Shown here: one piece after another, positions 24,757-33,948 of the stretch
How positions within the stretch are numbered: the first letter of the stretch is position 1
Layout: every line of letters starts with the position of its first letter
Source: Cyanobacteria bacterium P01_E01_bin.6
GTDB lineage: Bacteria; Cyanobacteriota; Cyanobacteriia; CAKZMO01
Direction of reading: 5' to 3'
Length of the DNA stretch: 51,858 nucleotides
Assembly (NCBI GenBank): GCA_039194035.1
Contig: JBCCWF010000002.1
Coordinates: 1 to 51,858 of the forward strand
Position numbers and translations under genes: made by a program
Notes under the pieces: generated by a model
Databases searched by the model: none
What the model was told of the DNA's origin: nothing
The model's input: only the letters and a program-made list of their open reading frames with translations

Positions 24757-25422
24757 ATGAATTTTCATTCCCAATCTGCTGAGCAGCGATTGACTCAACT
24801 TCAGTATTACCAGCGTTTTCTGACTCTCTGTCACTATGCAGCGAAGGAAACCGGGCAATTCGCCTATCCACCCTTTGTTGATCTCGTTGAGCGCTGGGCA
24901 ACCCTGCCATCGAATGTTTCCCGACTCAACAAGGATGGTACTTATCCCTGGGGAGAATGCGGTCGCTCAGTTCATATTCGGCGACGATGGCGAACAGTGG
25001 GGGATTCATTTAACAGCTCATATCACAATTCCACGTTCCAGCAGGCTATTATCCGGCTTCAGCAGGTGAACTCTTCAACACATGTAAATGAGATCCAACA
25101 ACTCATTTTGATTCTTGCTCAGGAGACTCGCCGCCTAGAGGCAAATGTCCAGCTGATGGATTTAACAGCTCTAGATGATGAAGATGTCGTTTCAATGGTA
25201 CAGGAGGCGGTGGAGGTGATTCGCTACGTGCGAATATACTTACTTGCCAAGTACAGTACGCTTCATTTTTTGAATCCAGAGCGAATGAGCCAGGAACAAC
25301 CCAAGGGGTTCGAGGCTCACCGGGACCGATGCTTTAGCTACCTTACTGCATTGCAAAATGCAGTCTACTGTCTCACCGGACTGATGGCCGGTGCTTGGGT
25401 TGGGGAGGTGCCCAGGGATTAA
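24757..25422 (+). CDS. Hypothetical protein
   Basis: The ORF starts at ATG 24757 (MNFHSQSAEQ). I recognise no family. Confidence 0.4.
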   Translation: MNFHSQSAEQRLTQLQYYQRFLTLCHYAAKETGQFAYPPFVDLVERWATLPSNVSRLNKDGTYPWGECGRSVHIRRRWRTVGDSFNSSYHNSTFQQAIIRLQQVNSSTHVNEIQQLILILAQETRRLEANVQLMDLTALDDEDVVSMVQEAVEVIRYVRIYLLAKYSTLHFLNPERMSQEQPKGFEAHRDRCFSYLTALQNAVYCLTGLMAGAWVGEVPRD

Positions 25423-25539
25423 TCCTGGGCTCGTCACCAATCCTATACCGGGCTATACCGGTATCAATGACACCCAGTGACCAGGGCGTATCCAGGTCTG
25501 TATATCGGAGTTATTGTCGTTATTCCTTACAGAATTTCC

Positions 25540-26304
25540 ATGATGTTATCTATCGTATCCCAGGTTCTTTTCGCTATTGGAATCCATAAACCATCCCTAA
25601 CCCATGACGAGTTTCATTCCGCCTATGCTGAAGGTAGGCGAGACTTTAGCCACACAAGGCTTACAGGTGCTTGTCTGAAGGGGATTCCACTGATTCGGCT
25701 AAAGCTGCATAGAGCTGATTTACGCTCTGCAGACCTCCGGAACGCTGATTTCGTCGGCGCAAACTTGAGCAGTGTGGACCTCCGAGGGGCCAACCTTGCC
25801 GATATTGATTTAACCAAAGTCACCCTGGTTGGAGCCAAGCTTCAGGGAGCAAACCTTAGTCAGAGCGTCCTCCGGCAAGCCAATTTAGCCAGAGCTAATC
25901 TCCTCCGAGCGAATCTGAATGCAGCGGTATTACAGGGTGCAAATCTCAGCCATGCCAACCTGAGGCAATGCAACGGGATGGATGCCATCTTCTCCCATGC
26001 CAACCTATACAAGGCAAGGTTGAATGCGGCGAACTTAGCTTATGCCACCCTCTATGGCAGCAATTTGGGTGAAGCCCAATTGAAAGGGGTGAACCTGGTG
26101 TGTGCGGATGTACGAGAGACTGGCTTAAGTCATAGCCGACTCAAAAAACACAATAGCAAAGGGGCCATATTTATCGGCGCAAACCCAGAGGATGCCTTCA
26201 TTGAGCAGGATGCAGGTATTGTGCGGCGAAGCATCAGTTGGACGGATGCCCTACTGGGACGATTCGATGACCTCTACCCGGCATCCTCAAAACGGAAATT
26301 CTAA
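25540..26304 (+). CDS. Pentapeptide-repeat protein
   Basis: There is a long run of A(D/N)LxxANL-type pentapeptides (ADLRSADLRNADFVGANLSSVDLRGANLADIDL...). The start is ambiguous (GTG 25477 or ATG 25540). Confidence 0.8.
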   Translation: MMLSIVSQVLFAIGIHKPSLTHDEFHSAYAEGRRDFSHTRLTGACLKGIPLIRLKLHRADLRSADLRNADFVGANLSSVDLRGANLADIDLTKVTLVGAKLQGANLSQSVLRQANLARANLLRANLNAAVLQGANLSHANLRQCNGMDAIFSHANLYKARLNAANLAYATLYGSNLGEAQLKGVNLVCADVRETGLSHSRLKKHNSKGAIFIGANPEDAFIEQDAGIVRRSISWTDALLGRFDDLYPASSKRKF

Positions 26305-26500
26305 ACGACATCGGCAGGAATAAGGCGGAATCACAGGTAAAAGAATCAGGGAATTCTCTGGACACCTGATATCTCTCTAGAATTCCGCTTAAATCCTTTC
26401 AATACAAGTCTTTTCGCGTTTACAAAGTGTCCACAATTTCGCTCTTCAAGGGTGCACTATCTTATTTTATGCAGTTTTGACGTGTTTACAGTGTGCAGAA

Positions 26501-26755
26501 ATGAAACAACGACGAGCGACTGAGGTCATCAGTTTCAGATTGGAGCGTCAATTGGCAGCAGACTTACGGAAAAAGGCGCTGATAGAACGAGTGGACTTCA
26601 GCGAGTTTATCCGAGACATGCTGTTTGAAGCATTGGCCTCCCACGATATTCGGACGGACTTAGCCGAGATGCAGGTTGTCATTGAGGAAATTGCCTCCGA
26701 TGTGAGTGAACTGAAAGCGTCTGTGGAAGCAATTCAGGCGTATTTCACTGAGTGA
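26501..26755 (+). CDS. Ribbon-helix-helix (CopG/Arc-like) protein, tentative
   Basis: MKQRRATEVISFRLERQLAADLRKKAL fits an RHH N-terminal strand-helix pattern. Confidence 0.45.
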   Translation: MKQRRATEVISFRLERQLAADLRKKALIERVDFSEFIRDMLFEALASHDIRTDLAEMQVVIEEIASDVSELKASVEAIQAYFTE

Positions 26756-26843
26756 AATCAGGCAGCTTAACCTTTTCAATTGATTCTGACTCCCAATTTC
26801 GCTAATGCTGAACCGTTGATTCTCAATCAGGAGACGGATATCC

Positions 26844-27194
26844 ATGGTTAGTGTGTTTATCAATCAGCTTACCTTGACAGCGATTGTCGCCAGTGAGGTG
26901 GAGTGTCGTCAGACCAAATCTGAGAAAACCGTTGGAACCTTTAATGTCAGTATTCCAACGGTACGAGACGAGGAGACGACATGGGAAAGCTTTCAAGTTG
27001 AAGTCTGGAATGGCACTGCTGAAGCCTGTTCAACGTATCTGACTAAGGGATCAAAGGTTTTGATTCAGGGGGTATTGAAACAGGCACGATGGGAAACGGA
27101 TAGCGGGACTCGCAGTCGGGTCTATATCCGGGCCAATTTGGTGGAGTTTATTCGACTGAAAGATCCGGCTGAGCCTCAATCCGATGAGTATTGA
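26844..27194 (+). CDS. ssb: Single-stranded DNA-binding protein (OB fold)
   Basis: INQLTLTAIVASE...FQVEVWNGTAEACSTYLTKGSKVLIQGVLKQARWETDSG is the typical SSB pattern. AGGAGA lies upstream of the ATG. Confidence 0.7.
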   Translation: MVSVFINQLTLTAIVASEVECRQTKSEKTVGTFNVSIPTVRDEETTWESFQVEVWNGTAEACSTYLTKGSKVLIQGVLKQARWETDSGTRSRVYIRANLVEFIRLKDPAEPQSDEY

Positions 27195-27225
27195 GGTGGT
27201 TTATCGTAGGGTTCGATTGATTGAT

Positions 27226-27250
27226 AGGGAGGCATGTGCTTCCCTTTTTT
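27226..27250 (+). terminator. Intrinsic terminator after ssb
   Basis: The stem AGGGAGG/CTTCCCT (one G-T pair) has a 6-nt loop and is followed by a T-run. Confidence 0.5.
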
Positions 27251-27289
27251 GTGCTGTTCTTATTTTGGGGCGCTTATCCGACTACCGCT

Positions 27290-27500
27290 ACAGCCTAGGC
27301 CAGAACCTGAGCGTCAAGATGCTCTGGGGCTGACGCCGCCCTTCTCCCGGCGGTCAGCGTCACCAAGGGCTGGTCAGGGGCTAAGGTGTTGGGTGTCTTC
27401 CTGCCGTCAGCCACCCAACACCCAAGCCCTGATTCAGCCCCTTGCCCAAGACCATCTAAGCCTCTCAGATCCTGGCCTAAGCGCTCTCGTCGGGCGCTGA
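27290..27500. other. GC-rich, hairpin-dense non-coding segment (candidate structured RNA or ssDNA element)
   Basis: There is an 11-bp perfect inverted repeat GGTGTTGGGTG...CACCCAACACC. There is also a 9-bp stem CTGACGCCG/CGGC(G)GTCAG with one bulge, and AGCGC...GCGCT. Both strands give only low-complexity ORFs. Confidence 0.4.
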
Positions 27501-27516
27501 TATCGGCTTTACATTC

Positions 27517-28422
27517 ATGATTGAGTTCGATAAAACAGCTTTTCAACCAGACTCAAGATGGAGAGGGATGGAACAGCATTTTAATCGTGAATCTCAGTCG
27601 AATTCCGATCAGGGTGCATGGGAAACCTTCAGTTCTGATCAATCTTCTTCCAAAGAAACTCGATACTGTCATGCTGATTTACAGCAGTTTAGTTTGCGGG
27701 TTCGAGATTTACCTGCCAGTGAACGGCCTCGGGAACGGCTATTGAATCAAGGTGCAAATCACCTATCAAACAGCGAACTGCTTGCCATCTTATTGGGAAC
27801 TGGACAAGGCAGCTGCAAGCTATCGGCTCTTGGATTAGGGCAAGTTATTTTGCAGAAGTTAGAGCAGGATTATGGTGGTGCATTGAAGGGATTGCAAACC
27901 ATTACTCCGGAGGAGTTGATGGCCATACCGGGTATTGGGCCAGCTAAAGCTGCCGTGATTCTTGCCGCCATCGAATTCGGTAAGCGGGTTGTTTCTGCTC
28001 ATGCGAGCACCCGGATTGTCGTTGATGATCCGGCTGTTGCCGCTTCGATATTGGCGAAAGATTTGATGGGGCAGTCTCAGGAAAAGTTTGCAGTGCTCTT
28101 GCTCGATGTGAAGCACCATTTATTGGGCAGTCATGTTGTCTCTATTGGTACAGCAACGGAAACTCTGGCTCATCCTCGTGATGTTTTCCGGGAGGTGATT
28201 CGCAGGGGAGCAACGCGGGTGCTGGTAGCACACAATCACCCGTCTGGTGTGTTGTCTCCAAGCCCTGACGATCTGAGGTTGACTGAACAGCTGCTTCAGG
28301 CTGGACAGGTGTTGAGCATCCCCGTATTAGACCACCTTATTTTGGGGAATGGGCAGCACTTGAGTCTTCGGCAACAGACAACGTTATGGGAGGAGTTGCC
28401 TCAAGAGCTCGTTCAATCTTAA
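27517..28422 (+). CDS. radC: RadC-like JAB/MPN domain protein
   Basis: It contains [28 protein letters not shown] and HhH-like [12 protein letters not shown]. The JAMM motif is [16 protein letters not shown]. Confidence 0.85.
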   Translation: MIEFDKTAFQPDSRWRGMEQHFNRESQSNSDQGAWETFSSDQSSSKETRYCHADLQQFSLRVRDLPASERPRERLLNQGANHLSNSELLAILLGTGQGSCKLSALGLGQVILQKLEQDYGGALKGLQTITPEELMAIPGIGPAKAAVILAAIEFGKRVVSAHASTRIVVDDPAVAASILAKDLMGQSQEKFAVLLLDVKHHLLGSHVVSIGTATETLAHPRDVFREVIRRGATRVLVAHNHPSGVLSPSPDDLRLTEQLLQAGQVLSIPVLDHLILGNGQHLSLRQQTTLWEELPQELVQS

Positions 28423-28616
28423 GGGATAAGCGATTCGCAAATATTACACCTCTAGAAGGTATTTAACCTGGACTGCTACAACTGCTGAAACATCAAACAT
28501 ATAGAGCTTGCTTATTTTATCTTCCAATATTTTTCTCACTCTTCGAGTTGAATCAAATTTAGCTGAGAATGATGAAGCGCTAACAGTTAATTGATCACAA
28601 AGAGGAGAGCCTACTG

Positions 28617-29765
28617 TTACTCTACTTTCTCGCTTAAATCAGTTGTGTAGCTAAAGAGAGGAAGAGAGCTTAATTCAACATTGTTAGGCGTCACGGGAAT
28701 AACTGTTGTTGAAATAGCTTCAGTATCTTCGAATTTCTGCATATCCCACCAATCAGGGTAACTAAGAGATTTTTCTTGCCAGCCTTCAGGACATTTTAGG
28801 GAGGAAGTTAAGATAGCAATAGGAACAATAATTTCTTGAGGGTTAATCCCCCCCATGATAGCCGTTTTTTTATGACCACTATAGCGAAGCTTTTCAGTCC
28901 AGGGTGCAATGACTGACTTGCTATTGGCTGAAATTACGCGATCGCCTTCAATCTGAAGTTCCCCCTGTCTTGGGTTTCCTTCATCAACACGCCAGCGTTC
29001 ACCTCCGTTGGCTGATTGATATTGTGTCCCATGGTGGAGAACATGCCCATGGTCACTGGTTAAAATGACTAACCGCTCGGCATTATTGGCAGCCTGTAAA
29101 ATCGGTTCGAGGATATTGATTCGATCGCATGTCCAATCAATATCGACCTGATCCCCTTTGCTCAGTAAATCATCTACAGCATTAATAACTAGACCGACGA
29201 CCTGGTGTTTCTCAGAATTAATCGCGTTGTATAGTTCCTCAGATAGAATAGGCGGAGTTATCGAATGTAGAGCATCTTTATGAAAAAGCAGGGGAGGAGC
29301 ACTTCGTTTACAATGCTGAAACAATCCTGGGTGCTGTGAGAAGCCCTTCTTTTCATGGTGCTGTTGTCCCTGGGTTAGGGCTCCACAAATTAGACTGGTA
29401 CGAGAGACCTTAGTTTCAGATGGAATAGCAGCTAGACCAGCCCGAATGGTAGATGTTTGTGCATCGGGTGTAATGAGCTGCCAATGCTTTTGAGTAAGGT
29501 CTGACAACAGCTCGTAGACAACAGCGAAACTCATACCGTCTATGACGATTAGCAAAACTGGTTGAGTTGCAGCTAAGGGAGCAACAACGGTCTCTACAAT
29601 TTGCTCGATAGGAAGGACAGACTTACGAGTCGATCCGATAGCCGTCCAGTCTTTCAGCAATTGAGCAAATTGATAGGACTGTTTTTCTCTAATTACGGTG
29701 AGCACGTCAAATAGTTTGCCGTAGGCAGTCGAGAGATCTATATGAGGTTCAGTGATAGACAGCAT
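28617..29765 (-). CDS. PglZ-domain (alkaline-phosphatase superfamily) protein
   Basis: LLIVIDGMSFAVVYELL, AAIPSETKVSRTSLICG and LVILTSDHGHVL match the PglZ signature as I remember it. Confidence 0.6.
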   Translation of the reverse strand: MLSITEPHIDLSTAYGKLFDVLTVIREKQSYQFAQLLKDWTAIGSTRKSVLPIEQIVETVVAPLAATQPVLLIVIDGMSFAVVYELLSDLTQKHWQLITPDAQTSTIRAGLAAIPSETKVSRTSLICGALTQGQQHHEKKGFSQHPGLFQHCKRSAPPLLFHKDALHSITPPILSEELYNAINSEKHQVVGLVINAVDDLLSKGDQVDIDWTCDRINILEPILQAANNAERLVILTSDHGHVLHHGTQYQSANGGERWRVDEGNPRQGELQIEGDRVISANSKSVIAPWTEKLRYSGHKKTAIMGGINPQEIIVPIAILTSSLKCPEGWQEKSLSYPDWWDMQKFEDTEAISTTVIPVTPNNVELSSLPLFSYTTDLSEKVE

Positions 29766-29821
29766 AAGTCTTGCCCAATCAAGGAAGCCTCCTTCTTGAA
29801 CATGATAATCGATCGCATCCT

Positions 29822-30120
29822 CTAACGAATTGGGTTATCGTAGGTTCGCCTCTTTCCATCTGTTCGTTCCAAGATCAAAGTTCCAGCGTCTCCAGTGACT
29901 CGTCCAGGCCAACTTTTAATCTCAATCAGAAAAAACCTTGTGGCGTAAAGGTGAGCAGATCTACTTCGTTGATACTGCCGTCTGATGCTATGAATTCAAA
30001 ATTTGACCAGGCCCGATAGGGTTCATGGCTTGGAAACTGGCTGCGGATAAACTCAAGCGCTTCTCGCTCATGGTCAAAATTGGATTCAGTAACCGTAATC
30101 CAGTTCGATGAAGCACTCAT
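29822..30120 (-). pseudogene. Decayed NERD-domain gene (frameshift at a T6 run plus in-frame stop)
   Basis: The first frame gives ...INEVDLLTFTPQGFF-stop. A one-nt shift at GGTTTTTTCTG continues FFLIEIKSWPGRVTGDAGTL...YDNPIR-stop, restoring the NERD core pattern (D-hhhh...GhhhhE-hK). Confidence 0.5.
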
Positions 30121-30582
30121 ATACTTACAGATACCCTTAACGAATGGTCATCTCATTCTAGCCACGACTTACTATAGGTTCCACAACTTCGAGTAGTTGC
30201 AATAGGCAAAGGGTTAGAAGACCCTAGCGCATTTGGAAGTATGAAATTGGGTCCAACCGTTTCTCTAGTCTGCGCCTTTCGCTTAACGGTTGGATATCTT
30301 GGATCCCCAAAAAACTTCTGAAAAATTTAGTGATTGAAGTCGCTTGAGGGCTATATGAGAAACTCAACTTGCTTTTCTAAAAAGTGAGGATTAGAACCAT
30401 CCCTATTACTGGACTGCTTTGATTGGTTGTGGTGACTGGCGTTTTTTTCAAATGAACAGATAGAGGAAACATTGTTAGACTTAATAAATCAGTAGGATTC
30501 TGCCCATAAGGCTCGCTGCAAGAGCTAGAATAACTTTGTCTTCTTGGCTCAGCTAGCCGCTTACACCCAGTTATTGAAGCTT

Positions 30583-33500
30583 ATGAATGCCCCCAGTCTT
30601 TGGTTTATTTCTGGCATATTGAAAGGCACGTCGATCGCTCTGACTACTACCAGCGCAATCTTTTTCGGCAGTGGCAGTGGTGCTGTCACAGCACCCCCTC
30701 AACTCTTAGCTCAACAAGCCTCTGAACGTACACCACAAACAATAACAGGCCAACTAGATCAGAGCTCTCCTGTCTTAGAAGATGATGGTAGCTACTACGC
30801 AACCCACACCTTTGCGGGCATTGCGGGAGAATCAATCACAATTAACCTTACCAGCAACGACTTTGATACCTACCTGCTGTTGCAAAGTCCTACGGGAGAT
30901 GTGATTGCTCAAGATGATGACGGTGCGGGAGACACAAATTCTCGTATTACACTGACCTTACCTACAACGGGAATTTACATACTGATTATAAACAGCTACG
31001 CAGCGAATGAAACAGGAATCTATTATCTGGAGTGGAAAGCAGCAAGCTCTGTAGAGTTGGAACTAGCACTAGCGTCTCAACTTAACGAGCAGGTCATCGC
31101 TCTCTATGAGGCTGGTAACTATGAAGCTGCGATTTCTCCAGCCGAGAACGCTCTGATGATCCGAGAGCAACAACTCGGATCCGATCATCTCTTGACTGCT
31201 GCTAGCCTCAACAATTTAGCTGCACTTTATCGGTCGATGGTACAGTATGAAAAAGCCGAACTACTTTATCAGCGTGCACTAGAAATTAGAGAGCGCCAAT
31301 TAGGTGCCAACCATCTCTTGACCGCTGCTAGCCTTAACAATCTCGCCTTACTATACGAATCTATGGGGCTTTATGGCAACGCAGAATCTCTCTATCAGCG
31401 CGCCTTGGAAATTCATGAACAACAGCTTGATTCTATACATCCTTCGATAGCCTCCAACCTCAATAATCTAGCTGCACTGTATCAATCAATAGGTCGCTAT
31501 GGGGAGGCAGAGCTACTTTATCAGCGTACCCTAAACATCTGGGATCAACAGCTAGAGCCCCAATATGCTGAGACCGTCAAAACCCTCGGGAATTTAGCTT
31601 TGTTGTATCGGTCGATGGGTCGCTATGCGGATGCAGAACCGTTTCTGCAACGTGCCCTATTAACGAGTGAACAACATTTGGGGGGCGACCACCCCTTAAC
31701 TGCCACCAGTCTTAATAATCTCGCATTGCTGTACGAGTCTATAGGTCGCTATAGGGAGGCAGAACTACTCTATCAACGCGCCCTAAACATTTGGGAGCAA
31801 CAGCTAGGTCCCGACCATTCTGATACTGTCACCAGCCTCAACAATCTCGCCGCACTGTATTATCGGGTGGGCCGCTACGCGGAAGCGGAACCGATATATC
31901 ATCGGGTCCTAGATATCTGGGAGCGACAACTAGGTTCCGACCATCCTTTAACAGCTACAGGTCTCAACAATCTCGCTGAGTTATATCGGTCTATGGGCCG
32001 ATATGAGAACGCTGAATTGCTGATGCAGCGAGCCCTAAAGATAAGTGAGCAACAGTTGGGAGCCGACCATCCCAATACCGCATCCAGTCTCAATAATCTC
32101 GCATTGCTGTATGAGTCTATGAGTCGCTATGGGGAAGCAGAACTCCTCTATAAAAAAGCCTTAGGGATTAGAGAGCACCAGTTGGGATCTGACCATCCAG
32201 ACACTGCACAAAGCTTCATTAATCTCGCTTCATTGTTTTACGCCCAAGAGCAACTGAAATTAGCCCTTAGCTATCTCAACAAAGGAGTTACCGCACAAGA
32301 AAGGGGGCTTAGTCAGAATTTAGTTGGGGGTTCAGATGCGAATAAACGTGATTACCTTGCCACGATGGTAGGTACGATGGATGTGGTGATGAGCCTCCAT
32401 CTTAACGCTCTATCCACTGATTCAGACGCTGCGTACCTAGCGCTGACTACACTCCTTCAACTTAAGGGTCGCATCCTCGACTTCTTTACAAACCTGCGCG
32501 CCCAATTAGCAAATGATCCTGTAGCCCTAGATCTCTTTGATGAGTTGACTGCAACAAGCACCCAGCTTTCAAACCTGACTCTAAACCAATTTGTCGATGT
32601 CTCGGTTGATAGTTATCAAGATCAACTTGACGATCTACAGGTTCGGGTTGGTACTTTGGAAAATCAACTCAGTCGCTTGAGCTCCGATTTTGCTAACCTG
32701 ACTGCTTCTCCTACTTTGATAGAGATTCAGACAGCTTTGCCCTCAGCAACTGCCCTGGTGGAGTTCATTCGCTATCGACCGTTGAACCCTACTGCCTCTG
32801 TTCAAGAGCGATTTGGTGATGATCGCTATGCCGCCTATATTTTGCAGCCCAATGGCACGATTCATGGCCTGGATTTAGGACCAGCTGAAGCCATTGATAC
32901 TGCCGTAAGTTCCTTATCGAATAGTTTGGCGTCATCAGATACTCCATTATTTCAAATTAAGGAGGAGGCTCAGACCCTTGAGAGTCTGGTAATGGCTCCA
33001 GTGCGTGACACATTGGGCGCAACAAATACCATCTTCCTCTCTCCTGACGGGACCCTTAACCTAATTCCCTTCGAAGCTCTGGTGGATGAGTCTGGCAACT
33101 ATCTGGTAGAGTCCTATCAGTTCCGATATCTTACCTCTGGTCGTGACCTAATGAGGTTGGACAATGTAACAGTTGCTTCCAATCCAGCACTCTTAATTGG
33201 CAATCCCACGTATGGCCTTCCTGGTGAGTTGGTAGCCCAAGCGGATACTCCCTCTACTCGATCAAACACCTTTAACTTCATCGAGCGCATCTTTCCAGTC
33301 TTGCCCGGTACCCAGGACGAGGTAGAACTGATTGCACCTAAGCTCTCTGATGCATTGGTCTACACCCAGACCAACGCAACCGAAGACATAATTAAAGAGC
33401 AGAGTCAGCCCAGCATTTTGCACATCGCTACCCACGGTTTCTTTGAACCAACTGAAGAAACAATAAATCCTCTCTTACAATCCGGGTTAATTTTGGCTGG

Positions 33501-33894
33501 TGCTGGCGCTGGTGGTCAAAGTGGCCCCGATCAGGATGGCATTCTAACGGCTCTGGAAGTTACTGGGATGAACTTGAGCGGCACTCAACTGGTAGTGCTC
33601 TCGGCCTGCGAAACAGGATTGGGTAAGTTGACAGCAGGTGAAGGAGTCTATGGCTTACGTCGGGCATTAGTTTTAGCGGGTTCTCAAAGTCAGGTCATCA
33701 GCTTATGGAAGGTAGATGACGCAGCAACCCAAGAATTGATGGTCAATTATTACGATCGCCTCCTCTCTGGCTCTCCCCGAGATGCTGCTTTACGAGAAAC
33801 CCAACTCGAATTTCTTGAGAGTGAAGAATACAGCCATCCCTACTACTGGGCTGCTTTTATCGGCTCTGGGGACTGGCGTCCTTTACAGCAATGA
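30583..33894 (+). CDS. CHAT paralog 1: N-terminal signal/TM segment, PPC (pre-peptidase C-terminal-like) domain, TPR array, CHAT protease domain
   Basis: The PPC-like region is ITGQLDQSSPVLEDDGSYYATHTF...DTYLLLQSPTG...DDDGAGDTNSRI. It has 42-aa TPRs. The CHAT His is ILHIATHGFF and the Cys is VVLSACETGLG, followed by SHPYYWAAFIGSGDW. Confidence 0.85.
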   Translation: MNAPSLWFISGILKGTSIALTTTSAIFFGSGSGAVTAPPQLLAQQASERTPQTITGQLDQSSPVLEDDGSYYATHTFAGIAGESITINLTSNDFDTYLLLQSPTGDVIAQDDDGAGDTNSRITLTLPTTGIYILIINSYAANETGIYYLEWKAASSVELELALASQLNEQVIALYEAGNYEAAISPAENALMIREQQLGSDHLLTAASLNNLAALYRSMVQYEKAELLYQRALEIRERQLGANHLLTAASLNNLALLYESMGLYGNAESLYQRALEIHEQQLDSIHPSIASNLNNLAALYQSIGRYGEAELLYQRTLNIWDQQLEPQYAETVKTLGNLALLYRSMGRYADAEPFLQRALLTSEQHLGGDHPLTATSLNNLALLYESIGRYREAELLYQRALNIWEQQLGPDHSDTVTSLNNLAALYYRVGRYAEAEPIYHRVLDIWERQLGSDHPLTATGLNNLAELYRSMGRYENAELLMQRALKISEQQLGADHPNTASSLNNLALLYESMSRYGEAELLYKKALGIREHQLGSDHPDTAQSFINLASLFYAQEQLKLALSYLNKGVTAQERGLSQNLVGGSDANKRDYLATMVGTMDVVMSLHLNALSTDSDAAYLALTTLLQLKGRILDFFTNLRAQLANDPVALDLFDELTATSTQLSNLTLNQFVDVSVDSYQDQLDDLQVRVGTLENQLSRLSSDFANLTASPTLIEIQTALPSATALVEFIRYRPLNPTASVQERFGDDRYAAYILQPNGTIHGLDLGPAEAIDTAVSSLSNSLASSDTPLFQIKEEAQTLESLVMAPVRDTLGATNTIFLSPDGTLNLIPFEALVDESGNYLVESYQFRYLTSGRDLMRLDNVTVASNPALLIGNPTYGLPGELVAQADTPSTRSNTFNFIERIFPVLPGTQDEVELIAPKLSDALVYTQTNATEDIIKEQSQPSILHIATHGFFEPTEETINPLLQSGLILAGAGAGGQSGPDQDGILTALEVTGMNLSGTQLVVLSACETGLGKLTAGEGVYGLRRALVLAGSQSQVISLWKVDDAATQELMVNYYDRLLSGSPRDAALRETQLEFLESEEYSHPYYWAAFIGSGDWRPLQQ

Positions 33895-33948
33895 CCAAAG
33901 CGACCATCGCTTCATTTAGAATCATGTCATTGCTGTGTTCTCAAACCC

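Noticed and set aside
27234-27546. Overlapping ORFs on both strands (88 aa + and 83 aa -) lie in the GC-rich island.
   Set aside because: Both are low-complexity Pro/Arg/Gly/Ser-rich products of a hairpin-dense GC-rich segment. There is no RBS or family resemblance. The segment is treated as non-coding structure.
28617-29765. The PglZ gene could mark a BREX system.
   Set aside because: No PglX-type methyltransferase, BrxC/PglY ATPase, BrxL/Lon or BrxA/B candidates lie within about 10 kb on either side, so a BREX call is not supported.
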